A stretch of DNA of 64,000 nt from Podarcis filfolensis (GCA_964270895.1 OZ185440.1), one strand, 5' to 3'; shown: positions 11,107 to 24,904, numbered from the stretch's first letter. Numbers and translations are program-made. Notes: generated by a model not told the origin, from the letters alone.

Positions 11107-11806
11107 TATGAGAGATTAATTTGCACATATTTGTGCAGTGCTGGTTGTTGCTGGTTGTTGTTAAAATGGCACTACTTTTAAGGAATTGCATATACTTCCT
11201 TCAAACAGCATCTGGAACAACTATTTACTCCTCAGCCAATTGAAACCAAAGAACTAGATCACAGTATAAGCCAGATTCTGTTAAAATATCAAACGATTTC
11301 TTGAGAAGCAAAAAGGAGCTATTTATTTGTTAGTTGTTTTGGGCATCATCTGTACTGCCAGAACATATAAACTATAACTGGTCCCTCAAAAACTTCTGCA
11401 TAAAAAGAAAAACCAAACTCTTTGAATTCTCCACTTATGTTGCTTGACAGTGCTGAGATACTTTATTTAAACAGTGCTCTAAGAATTCAGAATATATTGA
11501 TTCTAATGGATTAGTATATCTTTAAAGATTATCTACACAGTATTTTATAAACGTCTTGAAATGTTGTTGTAGGTTTCCCCCCCCCCCTGGGATAATAAAA
11601 TTGGATGTTTATGAGGGTGACAAGGAGTTCCTCCATTTAGTACATGTAATGCATATAAAACGTATATTTTAAGGAGGGTGAGGAACAGGTTCACAAATGC
11701 TCTCCCCTGGCTTAAAAACAAAGAATGCAGAAATGGGGCGGAACGGGCTTATGGATAAACACACAAGTGGCACAGACCAAAAGTTTCATTTAGCAGCCTT
11801 CCAAGC

Positions 11807-12172
11807 AAGGTAAAGGTAAAGGTACCCCTGATGGTTAGGTCCAGTCACGGACAACTCTGGGGTTGGGGCGCTCATCTCGCTCTATAGGCCGAGGGAGCTG
11901 GTTTTTGTCCGCAGACAGCTTCTGGGTCATGTGGCCAGCATGACTAAGCCGTTTCTGGCAAACGAGAGCAGCGCACGGAAATGCCGTTTACCTTCCCACC
12001 GGAGCAGTACCTATTTATCTACTTGCACTTTGATGTGCTTTCAAACTGCTCAGTTGTCAGGAGCAGGGACCGAGCAACGGGAGCTCACCCCATCGCAGGG
12101 ATTCGAACCGCCGACCTTCTGATCGGCAAGCCCTAGGCTCAGTGGTTTAGACTACAGCACCACACGTGTCCC
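11807..12172 (-). mobile_element. Sauria SINE, full length
   Basis: (AAGGTA)n tail on the left, tRNA-like head on the right; direct repeat CAGCCTTCCAA at 11794-11804 and 12172-12182. Confidence 0.92.
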
Positions 12173-12894
12173 AGCCTTCCAAAGTTATGCTTAAACATCC
12201 CTCTCAGGGACACCTCTAAATTCATACTTGTATGGTAAGTGTACAAATCTTGAGTTGGGAACACTAACAGTTTGATGCCAGGCAGCATTAGAAACTGAGA
12301 TGTGAAAGCTAGGAGCTGAATGGCACCTTAAACCAAGAATATGGCTGCAATAACGGAACGTCTAGGCACACTTTTTAATAACAAGAATACAAAGCTGAAA
12401 ATGAATGAACTGCAGCTAAAATATTATGCTCATTTTTCACAGTCTAGTCCTTCCCCTGCCCACCCCCTTAATATTCTTAAAAGGGTCTCTTCTCCAGCCT
12501 TTAACTAGTAGCTGGAAGTGGGGAGGCAGAAAAATGTCCTCCTTGCCTTCCACTCTGCAGTTTTAATCCAAAATCTTAGGCACAGTAATGTGTCCATTGC
12601 TCAGAAACTGCTTGCGCTAATGAAATTGCCTATCACAAAATGTGCCTAGAACAATGAGAGTTTCAAACACTGGTGCTAGGTGATTTTAGTACTAAAATGC
12701 ACAGAGGGGGAAAACTCCACACAACTAAACTCACATCTAGGTGCCAAGATATGGAAGTTAGTCAAATTTGTTCTACAGCAGCATTTCAGATAGTGGGCCT
12801 TGGGCTACTTTCAGAATCGTTACTTACAGTGCCACAGCCCTGCTTCCTCATTTGCCTGTTCCCCTGCTCTCCCAGACATGCCTTAGTCCTGTTA

Positions 12895-13088
12895 CAGTGG
12901 TACCTCTGGTTACGAACTTAATTCGTTCCGGAGGTCCATTCTTAAGCTGAAACTGTTCTTATCCTGAGGCGCACTTTCGCTAATGGGGCCTGCCTCTGGT
13001 GCGATTTCAGTTCGCATTCTGGGGCAAAGTTCACAACCAGGAGCAGCTACTTCCGGGTTAGCGGAGTTCGTAACACGAGGTACCACTG
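12895..13088. mobile_element. Tigger/pogo-type MITE, same family as 2083-2294 in opposite orientation
   Basis: TA|CAGTGGTACCTC ... GAGGTACCACTG|TG; shares GAACGAATTAAGTTC and CCATTAG internal motifs. Confidence 0.88.
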
Positions 13089-14269
13089 TGTTGGGACAGC
13101 ACCTCCTTGCATGCTGTGAGAGGAAAGGGCCAGAGAAAGCGTTCAACTTATAGCGAGTGATCAAAAGTTAATATATAACAGCAGCAAACAGGAACAACAG
13201 ACAGGGAATGGTTAAGGGGATGCGAGGGGAAAGAAGTTATACAAGAAAGAAGTGAATGTAAAATGACCAGGAAGGAAAGAAGCTGACACTGGGGGAGAGT
13301 GGGTGTTAAGGTACAAAATGAATGGGAAGAGAAGAAGCTTCATGCGGTGGGAGAATCACATGGGGGTAGAAAGGGAACAATAGAGCTTCTGGATTAGCAA
13401 CTCTGCCTAAAATGAGGAGGCTGCCACAAGAACTGCAGAACAAATGACTGTGCTTTTCATGAGTTGAGTAACTCCTTGCCAGAGGGAAAAGATGGAACAG
13501 ATATCAGTAGGAAATGATTATTATGCCAAACGCTTCTTCCATCTGCCACCACTGGCTGCCCCACTGACAGCGGCTTGATGCACCCCATCTCTATCTCCTC
13601 CCACTCAATCCATCAGTGGAGGTGACTCTGCTTCGTCTCCTCCCCCCAACCCCCATCTGATCTGCACTCACCCCACCTGCAGGATCTCCGCAGCTGCTGC
13701 TTCCCACATCCCCAAGCCTGATCTACACACACCCCACCCGTCTGATCTCTTGTGTTTGCTCCTTCACTCATCCCCATGCCTCCAATCTCCAATTTCAGAC
13801 ATTGTGATATATTGTGACGCTTAGCTGCTGATATATCAAAATGTTGAAAACCAGATATCGCTCAGCCCTAATCTGTTATTATTTTGCATACCTAAAATTG
13901 TTGCTCATTATCCTTTGCTTATTATCCATTGTTTTGGTTCAAAAATTGCTCTGCAGAGGTAACTACCAGAGAGTTATCAAAATTTTCAAAAGTAGGGGGT
14001 CTGTGGCTTGGCTTTTGAAAAAACAGAGGTCCTCAGTAATTCGCTAATTGGGAACCATTGACCTAGATAATAATGAGGTCCTAGAAGAGGAAGACTGTCA
14101 CAGAAGCTAACCAAAGGAATGAGGGCAAGAGAAGGCAAACTGGAAAAACGGAATAATCAGAGGAAAGGTGCACACAGGTAGGAGCTGCAGGTGAGAGAGG
14201 CTGAGGTTCATGTGAAGTTTTAAAAGCATGTGACAGAGGCTATAATTGGCTACTAGCCATGATGACTGT

Positions 14270-14450
14270 GCTCTTTCTTATTGGAGACAATATGCTGCTG
14301 AATACCACTTGTTGGAAACTGCAGAAGAGGATAGTGCTCTCCTCTGCTCAGGCCCTGCTCGGGGGTTTCCCACAGGCATCTGAGTGACCACTGTGAGAAT
14401 AGGATGCTGAACTAGGTGGGTCTGATCCAGCAGGCTCTTCTTATATTCTG
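14270..14450 (+). mobile_element. CR1-type LINE 3' end fragment
   Basis: ...GGATGCTGAACTAGGTGGGTCTGATCCAGCAGGCTCTTCTTATATTCT terminal motif; inverse relative at 55825-55960. Confidence 0.6.
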
Positions 14451-17102
14451 CTATATTACCAATCCAGCACAATTGCTGGAAATCAAGTATGAAGTAACAT
14501 TACTGTCTGCCTCCTTCAAGCTGAAATCAACTTTTAAGAATTTTAGGTTCTGAAAAATATTCCAGAACAGAAAAATAAATCTCCATTGTATTAATGGGTA
14601 GCAGTTTAAAGCATACTACTTGGAAGTAAATTGAGTAAATCACTGAGATCTTCCATTCTGACACACTACTCATAAATGTTCAGCCCCAACATGTCCTCTA
14701 GAGTTCACACGTTCTTATCAATACATACATGAATATTGTCCCCTCCCCAGCTCACCAGGCAAAAAGCCTATCTATTTTGAAGTAACATAGTAGTTAAACC
14801 TCAGATCTGAGAAAGCCACTGTTTCATCAGTTTACAAAAGTGATTCCTTCCCCTGGAAGTTCACAATGATTCCCAGTCACCCTCTCTCACATTTCTTCCC
14901 AACCGTTTTCTTCCTAATTGTTGCTCCAGTCTTTGAACTATGGACCATCTGCAGTCTGTCATGGAAATATGGACCAGCAAGGACAGTGTTAAATCACTTA
15001 TATGTGACAATGCTCAAGCTCAGCCCAAAGTGAAATATCAGAGAAAAATAAAATTGCAACCTGTCAGTTTCAAAATTTTATTTTTCAGATACTAATCATG
15101 TTAACAATTATGACAAAAGGCACCCCATTACTTACTTACCAACACTAAAACAACAAAGTCAGATTAAAATGTCTTGCATCTTACAATGGGACTCATTAGA
15201 TTGCATGCATACAAAGTTAGAGGACATTAAAACGCACAGTCTTGCCATATTAACTTTACCTGCTCTGAGAAGTCAGCACAAGATCAAAGTACAACAAAGC
15301 GTGCAAACAAATATATTTTCATCTCAAACACTAGTCACTGGCTCCAGATCAAGTGAATAAGGCTATGAATGTTAAAAAGATATTATTAGATTTCCCCCCA
15401 GTATTATATTATTGTTTAGTTAGGGTCCTATCCATATGTTAATTCTCACAATGAATACATCTAGTGCGCACCAGGCTAACGGTATCCAAAATGACCCAGA
15501 GAGAGACTCATTCAATACAAGCATAAGTCTAAATTACTCATGATTGTGACTAGGAACTGATGCAGTTTTGCAAGCAATATGCTGTGGCACAGCATAGCTA
15601 GCCAAAAACAGAGCCAGCTTGAATTGAAGTCCCTTATCCTGCTGGTTTATAGCAGAAACAAGAGTGTAATTAGTATGAATAGTGCAATTTGTTTTTATAA
15701 CTCAGTGTGTTCAAAGTTACAGGGAATGAAATAAGAGATTCAGATTTTCACTAAAGAAAAACTGACTTAGAATCAAGATACCCGTAAGCAAAATTGTATT
15801 TTTTCCCATCAGTTGTGAAGCATCTCAAGACAAGAGTTCAGGACTAGAAATCATCACCAAGATGGAAGCATTCACCCTGCTTCCAAGGTTATGGTACAAT
15901 TCCAAAGTACATTCAGAATTCAAATGTATTAATAAAGATAATCTCAACACGGAATGTATTTATGTTCATGTTATCCCACAAATCTCAAGAGGAGTGTAGG
16001 ACAATAAGTGGCAACCACACAGCTGGTAACAATTGAGGAAAGATGGCTGATGCCCTAGTATCATTCCCATGTAATGCCTGAAGAGGACTGTGATATGTTA
16101 AGATGGAATCCTGTTCCATGTAAGTAATGTTTTGTTGGCTGGGGCTGAAAATATCTGTAGTACAGACTATCTAGAAGGCACCAAGATGACAAAGCCTGCC
16201 ATAGGTTGTACATGGGACCGTCAATCAGGTGCAGGAGAGAGAATGAGCTCTGTGCTCTGTCACTAATGTACAGAACCTTCATATTGCAGTTCTGTTTAAT
16301 GAGATGTTCAATGCATCTCTTGTTTAAATTACTATAGATTTTTATTTGATCTTCCATGGTTCTCATTTCTAGATTTATTAGAGATTATGAGCCAATATTC
16401 ATCTTTATGTGGATATACTGCAGTGTAGCTCAACGCCCTGACAGAATGTTTTTATCTCGTAGAGCCACTCAGTACAATTGTTCCCATCGGCAGCACTTGA
16501 TTGAACAGTTTGGTTTTAATTAATATCGGCACATCTTAAATATTAGAAGTAAATGGAGTTAGCACAGATTAACAAAAAGCTAACCCATTCAGGCACCAGC
16601 TAGATAGATCTCCTATTCACAGAACAGCATCTCTGTAACCAGGCCTTTATTCCACACAAAAATTAGAAGTTTCTCTGCCTTATTAGGACTGACTTCTAGA
16701 ACAGTGTTTTACACCAGTTCAGTTTACTCTGTGATCTTTACAATTCAGTTCGATCTATTCCGATAGCTTAAAATGCTACCAATACCTTATATAACCCAGT
16801 TGCATCATGCAAAACATGCTGTCAGTTCAGGAATTTATTTGTGCTAGGACTCACTAGACTTTCCAAATTACTCATCTAAACAAACCCTGTTCATTTAAAT
16901 AAAAGACTTGAAATGCTTAGGCTTCCAGCTCCAGGAAAATTAAAAACAGTTTTGTAGATCCATTCCCCTACAACAGAGGAATACTTTTATGCAATGTTGA
17001 ATAAAGTCAGTAAATTAACGGATACTGATGTATATCCTTAAATATTTTGCGTAGAAAATGATGCAAATCAGTATAAAAACAGTATACATCCAACAGTAAA
17101 AA

Positions 17103-17445
17103 GGTAAAGGGACCCCTGACCGTTAGGTCCAGTCGTGGACGACTCTGGGGTTGCGGCACTCATCTCACTTTACTGGCCAAGGGAGCTCGCATACAGCTTC
17201 TGAGTCATGTGGCCAGCAGAGAGTCATGTGCCGAACCAAAGCAGCATACGGAAACGGCCTTTACCTTCCCGCTGGAGCGGTACCTATTTATCTACTTGCA
17301 CTTTGACGTGCTTTCAAACTGCTAGGTGGGCAGGAGCAGGGACCGAACAACAGGAGCTCACCCCGTCGTGAGGATTCAAACCGCCGACCTTCTGATCGGC
17401 AAGCCCTAGGCTCAGTGGTTTAGACCACAGCACCACCCGCGTCCC
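17103..17445 (-). mobile_element. Sauria SINE, full length
   Basis: Head GGGACGCGGGTGGTGCTGTGG on minus; 14-bp TSD TCCAACAGTAAAAA at 17089-17102 and 17446-17459. Confidence 0.93.
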
Positions 17446-18174
17446 TCCAACAGTAAAAAACTTAAAAAATTAAAAGAATAGGCATTAGGACAACCTGCTA
17501 TCCTGAATGCCAAAACATGGGTCAAGCAACAAATCCAACCACTGGAAATAAATAAATAAACCAAAGCAGGTGCCTGGCCACCCAAAGCCTTGAAATCTTT
17601 TTCCTGCTTTACAGTGTGTGCTCCAAGGTTAGAAAGCAGCATGAATAATTTTCCACAGGGACGGTTTCTTACAGTATATTCTGGTGTACAAGTTATCTTG
17701 TTTGAACTGTCTTCCTGGTCCTAGTCAAAACAGCCCTGCTTCAAATTCCTTCTGCAACACTATGCTTTGAACACAGATAGTTAAGGGTACAGGCAGGTAT
17801 TGCGGTGGGGGCACTCTTTGCCTGTTATGACCCTACTCCTTTTATTTAATGTATGATGCCACTATACTGTGGTTTCTGCCAGAGTTATGCGCAGGAGAAC
17901 TATAGGATCGGGCTGCCAAAGTGTTATATAAACCCTCACTGCTGTGGGTTAGTATTCAGTTAAGTAGCTAAGATCAAAACAGCTCTGTTAAAGAAGTTAA
18001 TCCACTGGCAGCTCTAGATTGCATGAGAAGCACAAGATTCATGGATAATGCTCCATAAGGAGCAGGAAGCTTTGCTTGAACATTTCTCACTGTATAGCAA
18101 ATCAGAGTTTCATTTGAATTACATTTCAAGTTGATCTACTGTAAAATTGTGAGAGTGGGAAGAAGTGAACTTAC

Positions 18175-18257
18175 CTATTGGCTGTTCATGTTAATCATTG
18201 TGAAAAACGCTTAACCGCTTTTAAAACAATGCCAAATTATCCAAAGAATTGTTCCTA
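18175..18257 (-). other. Probable non-coding (5' UTR or lncRNA) exon containing an 8-codon ORF
   Basis: Acceptor CCTTTACTTCAG/TAG (NAGNAG), consensus donor TAG|GTAAGT; ATG ATT AAC ATG AAC AGC CAA TAG at 18198-18175. Confidence 0.45.
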
Positions 18258-18639
18258 CTGAAGTAAAGGAATTTCAAAATGTCAAACATGGCAGGATTTG
18301 GAGGGGCTTTTATTATGTTTGAATGTAATAATACAAAGAACTAATGTGGTCTATATCTCCATGATCCATCACTGAGAGCAAAAACGAGTGGATTGCATCT
18401 CTGCTTTCATTTACACTTTCCAAAAGGTTGTTGAGAGGTCTGCATTTGGATCATAGCATAGGGGAGAGGCTTAAACCTTCCCCCTTGCATCAAATTCCTA
18501 ATGAAAAATGGCAAAAGCTATTATTTTCCATATTATAAAAAAATTAAAAATATAGTCATGGATTATTATTTTGTCAAGAAAATCTCGTCAGTTATTTGCA
18601 AAAGTTTAAAAGGAGTAAAGATGTATTAACACCTCAGAC

Positions 18640-18988
18640 CAGGGGTCCCCAAACTAAGGCCCGAGGGACTTGTTTATGCTGCCCGCGGTGACCCCCACCG
18701 CCCACTCTTACCAGCACTGCACTGCACAGCTGCCCACTTTCGGGTCGGATGAGCACAGGAAATAGCTTGCGCACATGCACAAGCATTATTTGCGCATGTG
18801 CATGCGTTATTTCTAGTGCACATTGGGGTCGGAGGATGCCCATGCACATGCGCACAAGCGATTTCCGGTGCTCCTCCGACCAGGAAGTGCGCCGGAAATA
18901 GTGTATGCGCACGCATATGGGCACACGCTCCCCCGCCCTCCGGCACTGGAGACACTGGCCCGAGGCGGGGTAAGTTTGCTGACCCCTG
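18640..18988. mobile_element. hAT non-autonomous element
   Basis: CAGGGGTCCCCAAACT ... AGTTTGCTGACCCCTG TIRs, perfect 8-bp TSD CCTCAGAC; internal GCGCACATGC-rich repeats. Confidence 0.9.
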
Positions 18989-20330
18989 CCTCAGACCATA
19001 TCTAGCTTTACTCTCATTGTCTTCAGTTCACCTTCTATTGAGTTGATATCATCCCATGATCAGCCAGATCTAACTATTTCATGGTATCTTTCCCAGCCAC
19101 TGCCCTTTCCCTTATTATGGAAACTTTCTACATAACAATTTTGCCAAAACATGCCTATTCACAATACACCTCACTAATGTTTTTTACTATTCACTAGGAG
19201 ATGAAGGCTGGTTTAAAGTATAATTAGTATGAATTAGAAGCTATAGAGTAGAAAAGAGATACTTGTTCTAGCCTTGCACAGACACATCCATTTCATCATA
19301 AAGTTTCCCCTGTCTTCCATTATTATGCTATTAACATGCATACAATTATGGAAATGCAGCTTTACTTTAGGAAAAAAGCTGAAGCCACCAGTCTTAAAAG
19401 GAGGAAATACATATATAAAAGATAATGCGAAAAGATTAGTACCAGGGCAATGTGGGGGGAGGGGACAAGAATGAAAAGATAAGTTGCAAAGTACACAGGT
19501 GCCAACACACCCTTATTTGTTCAGAACTCAACCAGCAACACCAAAGAAGGCAAGGAACTCAGAATGTCAGGATGCAAAAAGCTATATGGTACTATGGGCT
19601 ACAAGGGAAATGAAACAGAAATAGGGAAAGCGTTTGGTAAACTGAAATAACAAGGTTGGTGGAAAAATATAGGTGATGCTGACCAGGTATGCATGCCTAG
19701 AGCCAAGGTGGTAGACTCAAGGACACACAAAACATACTACACACTCAATGCTACCTTGATTGACACTTGGCCAGCTTATGATTGCAACATGATGCAACCA
19801 GAATGTATTTTAGAGAGTTATCTGCAACTATAAGAAACGAAATGACTCTTGGCACATGCATATCCATAGCCAAGCTGTTACAACAGGACTGGAAATGTGG
19901 GTCAGAAGTTATAGAGAATGCCTGCCTAAACCAAGGCTGTTCCTTATCCGTTCACAGGCTTGGCACGCATTCATCCCCAAAAGGTTGTAGCTGAAATGGC
20001 AAAGTGCAAAGGAGTTGTTTTGTTCCTTCTTTAACAACAGCCAGCTGCAAAACCAGAAGGTGAAAAGCACTACTATATTCTACTGGGCAGTTCTTCTTAA
20101 AGAAGAAGAACCTATTTCTGAAATGTGCAGAAATAGGTGCCTAACCACCATCAACATGGCTTAATCAAATGCGTGCAGAACTCAGACAGACACACATGCT
20201 GAGGCAAAGATACACTGAACAGATCACACAGCAAAACAATGAGCAATCATCCCATTGCCTTAAACATAAAAATGAAATAGGTCTGCATGTACATTACAGG
20301 CCATTTGTTTTCTGTGGTATTATCATAGAT

Positions 20331-20718
20331 ATCATTTGTTGTTGTTTAGTCGTTTAGTTGTGTCCAACTCTTCGTGACCCCATGGACCAGAGCACTCCAG
20401 GCACTCCTGTCTTCCACTGCCTCCCGCAGCTTGGTCAAACTCATGTTCGTAGCTTTGAGAACACTGTCCAACCATCTCGTCCTCTGTCGTCCCCTTCTCC
20501 TTGTGCCCTCACAATCTTTCCCAACATCAGGGTCTTCTTCTCATGACATGGTCCAAGTATTGGAGCCTCAGCTTCAGGATCTGCCCTTCCAGTGAGCACT
20601 CAGGGCTGATTTCCCTCAGAATGGATAGGTTTGATCTTCTTGCAGTCCATGAGACTCTCAAGAGTCTCCTCCAGCACCAGAATTCAAAAGCATCAATTCT
20701 TCGGCGATCAGCCTTCTT
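20331..20718 (-). mobile_element. 5'-truncated, diverged BovB 3' fragment
   Basis: Homologous to 5770-6170 with a small internal deletion; TSD TATCATAGAT at 20321-20330 and 20719-20728. Confidence 0.9.
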
Positions 20719-22379
20719 TATCATAGATGCATCCATGTCTCTCCAGCTTTCTAACTACAGTCATGTTCCCATGATTGGCTGCTGTGTAATTAGAAGGTTC
20801 TCAGTTTAATAAGTACTGAAGTTGTGAAGAAGCAAAAAAGTTTGGAAACACCTTTCTGTATCTGGAAATGCAGTGTGCTCAATAGCAACCAATTAATATT
20901 TTACTTAAAACTGAAGACATTAACAGCTTGAAAATGAAAAATGCAAAAGAATATATCATAATCATAACCTAATCAGCTTTCTCAGATAGCAGGAACAATG
21001 ATTCAGTCCTATTGATAACTGTGCCTCAAGCTATGCAACCATCTGTAGTACTTTTCAAAAGATACAGAGACCTGAACAACTCCGTAACATAGTTTCCTGA
21101 CATAGACCTGAGATTCCATATGACAATAGGCCCATACAACAAAACTCAGGTCATGCAAGAAATCGTTACCAAGGAAGGTGGTAAACAAATGCAAGAAATA
21201 ACTAAAGTATTAAATAGGTGGGTAACTTTCTTTATTAAAAATTGTAAACAGAGAGGGACACAGAATTACTGGTTCCTTATTGGGAAGGTTTAACTGCTGA
21301 GCCTGAAGAAAACAACAGACGGTATGCTAGTTCAGCACAATTGCTTCTGTACCCAAGAATGCTTTAAGCTAACCTGATGTGTCAGCAGTCTTTAAGGTTC
21401 AAAATGTCACCAAAAGAAGGCACAGTAAACTAGGCAAATCACATTGTGAGAAAGTTGTCCTCCCCCAGTCCAAAGAGTGCCTATTTTGAAATGCTGATGA
21501 GCTCACACAAGAAACAGGCAAGGCTTTATTCTTAAAGGTTTGTCTCCTTTTCAAAAGATACAAGAGGTGATGCACTCAAGGAACAATGTTTGTTCATTTG
21601 CCACAACCAGAACTGCAAGCAGTCCCACATACCTGTTAGCATCATCTCACAAGGCAAGCTCACATCCTTGTATTTCACTGTAAGTAATCCACTGGTTCTA
21701 GACTTAAGAGTCGATTCACACATGGTTGCCATCACTTGGAGGTTGCAACATTTAGTGAAGACATCAGTGTGTGAAAGCCATCAAAGATAGAACTTTTAAT
21801 TTACCACCTCACATTAAGTCAAACAAAAGTATTTGAAGTGGAGGCAGAGCACACATTGAACTACAACCAAGCGGTGAGAAATCGAGGATTGTCAAGTATA
21901 ATAGGACATTTAAAGGAATATGGTAAGCCCTCTTGCACTTCTGCTGCAAATCATTTTGAGGTGAGTTGCTAGGGCTACCCAGTGTGGGCTAGATAGGCTT
22001 ATCTATATTCAAAACCTGCATCTCAGCGCTGAGAGATGCACGCCTGTGCAACAGGGAAGTCAGATATCCTCTGATCTCTCAAGACGAATGCAGGCATGCA
22101 AAGCAAGCAAGCCATGCACGAAACTACTCATACCCAACTCGAACCCTTGTAAGATACATAGCAGAAACATTAACGAATCCTTCTTCGCCATGCACCCCCA
22201 AACCCCCACATGCAGCTGAATTCAAACAAAGAAGCTAGCCAACCAGTCCCCTCTCCTCCCCGCCAGCCCAGCAAATCCCCAGGAATCAGGAAACAGACGA
22301 ATGCAATGGCCCCTGACCCAAGCAGTCCTCACTTAAAGATAAAGCGATAAACGATCAGTAACGGGACCCCCTTCCCCAT

Positions 22380-23240
22380 GGCCAACGTGGCAGGATGGCC
22401 GGCCACCTTGGGCCTCGGACCTCCTCGCTTTAGTGCATCCCCCGGGGCTTAAAACCCTCCCCACAGCTCTGTGCCAGCACCACCCCACCGTCGCCACGCG
22501 CCCCTTCCACCTCGTGCCCGGCTCCCCAGGCTCGGGTCGCCCGTCCGCGCCCCCCCTCCATTTCCCCGCGCTGGTGCTACTCCGGGGCTGGCGGGCAGAC
22601 CGAAAAGCTGCCCCCAAGACGGCCGGCGGCCACCCCTTTCTGCCGCGCCACGTGGAGCGCCGCGGGCTCCAGGAGCCCCGAGAGGACTTTGCCTCCCGCC
22701 TCCCCAGCCGGGCAGCCGAAGCCCTCCCTACCCGTTGCACGCAGCGGCACTCACACGACGCGCTCCTGCCCTTTCCCCACGCCGCGTCTCTCGCGTCTCT
22801 CCTTCCAGACAGTCTCCAGAGCGCTACTCGCAGGCGCTCCCGCCCCCTCACGCACTATAACGGGCCGGGCGGGGAGCCTGCCTGCGGCGAGGAGGAGGAG
22901 CCGAGAGGCAAAGGGCGGGCTCTTGCGCTGGCGGGTCAGAGGGAGAGAGAGAACGGCTTGACCAGCTGGCTTCCCCCACCGGCTGCAAAGAGCCAGCGGC
23001 TTCTCCTTATAGGAGAGAGAGAGAGGCGCCTTTGTGTGAGAGAGGTTGCCTGAGGGAGCCTTTGTAGCGGGGGCGCCGCTCGCGAGGAGAGGCGGGGAAA
23101 TATCCACCAGGGGCAAATGGAAAGTGGCGTTTCTGCACGTAGAAGCTGGCGGCGGCGTTGCCAGAAAGGAGTGGGGCTGCCTCGGGTCTCCCTGTGGCCG
23201 CCAGTGGGCTCCTCAGTCTCGCTCAGTAAGGGGTCGACAC
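22380..23240. promoter_or_regulatory. CpG-island promoter
   Basis: Very GC- and CpG-rich against a CpG-depleted background; GC boxes at ~22839, 22867, 22913; CACGTG at 22649; CTCGCGAG palindrome near 23079. Confidence 0.85.
22755..22850 (-). other. Probable non-coding first exon (5' boundary approximate)
   Basis: Donor CGT|GTGAGT at 22755/22754 immediately downstream of the GC-box cluster; no ATG. Confidence 0.55.
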
Positions 23241-23626
23241 AAGGGCCCCTTATTAACTAGTATTTAAATATATATATATATAAGTGGTTCTTCAGCAGCC
23301 CACCTAAATGTAACGTCTGTCTCCCTCCCGGGGTACTTTTTATATGCTCAGAGGCAATTCCCACACACACACGCCCTGCCCACTTCATATTTTGCGGGGA
23401 GGGAGCAAAATTGGAAACGGTGCTTGTGATACGGTAAGCCGTGACTTCAATGACCGCCCCCCCCCCTTCTTGGCAACTGAAACTCAGCCAGGTTCGCCTC
23501 AGCAAATGTGCTCCTTAGAAGTTAGCACACTGTTCCGTTTGCTGCAGGGGGGCAGGTGGATCCCTGCCCTGAGGGTGTCTGAGCCTAGCACTCCGAATTG
23601 CACAGAAATGGTGACACCCACCAGAC

Positions 23627-23923
23627 CGGTGCCGGATTTACTTACAAGCTATAGCTCAGGGCCCCGCTCTCTTGGGGACCCCCCAAAAGTATACTTCTTA
23701 ATTGAATTTCACTATTAATATACTTCTTAATTGTATTTCAGTTCAACAATTACTTTGATAAAATCCATATTCTGTTACGTGCAAATGGCTTTAGATACCT
23801 ATTAGGCCCATAAATTACCATGTAGCATATATTCAACACAAAAAACAGCAGCAATTTGTTGTTGACAAAGGGCCCCATTACCTTCAGTAGCTTAGGGCCT
23901 CGTCAAACCTAAATCCGGCCCTG
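23627..23923. mobile_element. Non-autonomous DNA transposon (superfamily uncertain)
   Basis: CGGTGCCGGATTTA ... TAAATCCGGCCCTG inverted ends; internal ~29-bp duplication ATACTTCTTAATTG. Confidence 0.65.
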
Positions 23924-24109
23924 CACACACCCTCCAGACATCTGTGTTCCCTGCAATCGATGAACCTGCAGTCCTGAACTAGGGTCCCATTCAGGGCAGT
24001 GGGAGTTGCTTCTTGAACAAGCATGTTTATGGTTGGTTTTAGTCACATTAAGGACGTAAAATCAGATCAAAGTCCACAGTGCCAAAGCTGGGGAAACCAG
24101 GTAAAGAAT

Positions 24110-24310
24110 ATCTACGAAAGGTGGCCTGAGAGCAGGAACAATCTCTCTGAGTGCTATTATTCCCTGTTTAGGGAAGCTTTTAATGTCTGATGTTTTATCG
24201 CTTTATTATTATTATTATTATTATCATCATTAATTCTGTTGTGAGCCGGCCAGAGTGGCTGGGAAAACCCAGCCAGATGGGCAGGGTATAAATAATAAAT
24301 TATTATTATC
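24110..24310 (+). mobile_element. L2 LINE 3' end
   Basis: GTGAGCCGGCCAGAGTGGCTGGG...GGGTATAAATAATAAATTATTATT terminal motif. Confidence 0.65.
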
Positions 24311-24904
24311 TCTGAGGGAATGAAATGTTTGGAAATGATCTGTACAAGAGCAACAGCGTCTTTATTTATTTACACATTCATACCCTGCTCTTTAGCTAAA
24401 AAGTCTGCCAGGTAAACTTACAAAAATCAGTAGAGAGCCCCTGCCCTCAGTCTCATAATCTAAAGGACATGATGTGAGGAAAGAGGGATGGGGAGGGTAG
24501 AAGAAGAAAGCAACCCCAGACATCAATTATTAGAGTTATTACAATGCAGTTATATAATTCTGTATTGGAGATTATCCCCTCTCCAAGAAAATTCTTCACC
24601 CACCCCAGGCAGATCTGGGAGCAAAGCAGGTCCAGGCAGAAAGAGCAGAACTGCTCCTGCCGCATAGGAGCGGACACTAGACTTGATGGCGGTTGGAATC
24701 CTTACAGGAAGGAAATGGATGGACTTGTCCTCTTCCTCACCAATGACAGTATTGGTTCTCTAAATGATACAGTACACAACACCATAGGGGAAAGGGTAGG
24801 AACTCATATAATACATTAACATTTCATATAACATAACATTTGTGAGAAATCAAAAACACTCCCTTTTTTCAAGCAGCCGTGATGACTTAATTTGCATGCA
24901 TTTT

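Noticed and set aside
11196-11395. Strong acceptor at 11395 on the minus strand
   Set aside because: Stops in all three frames and only a weak donor; cannot be supported as an exon.
22333-23267. Cluster of 70-206 aa ORFs on both strands
   Set aside because: Expected from stop-codon scarcity in a CpG island; low-complexity Pro/Arg/Ala/Gly peptides.
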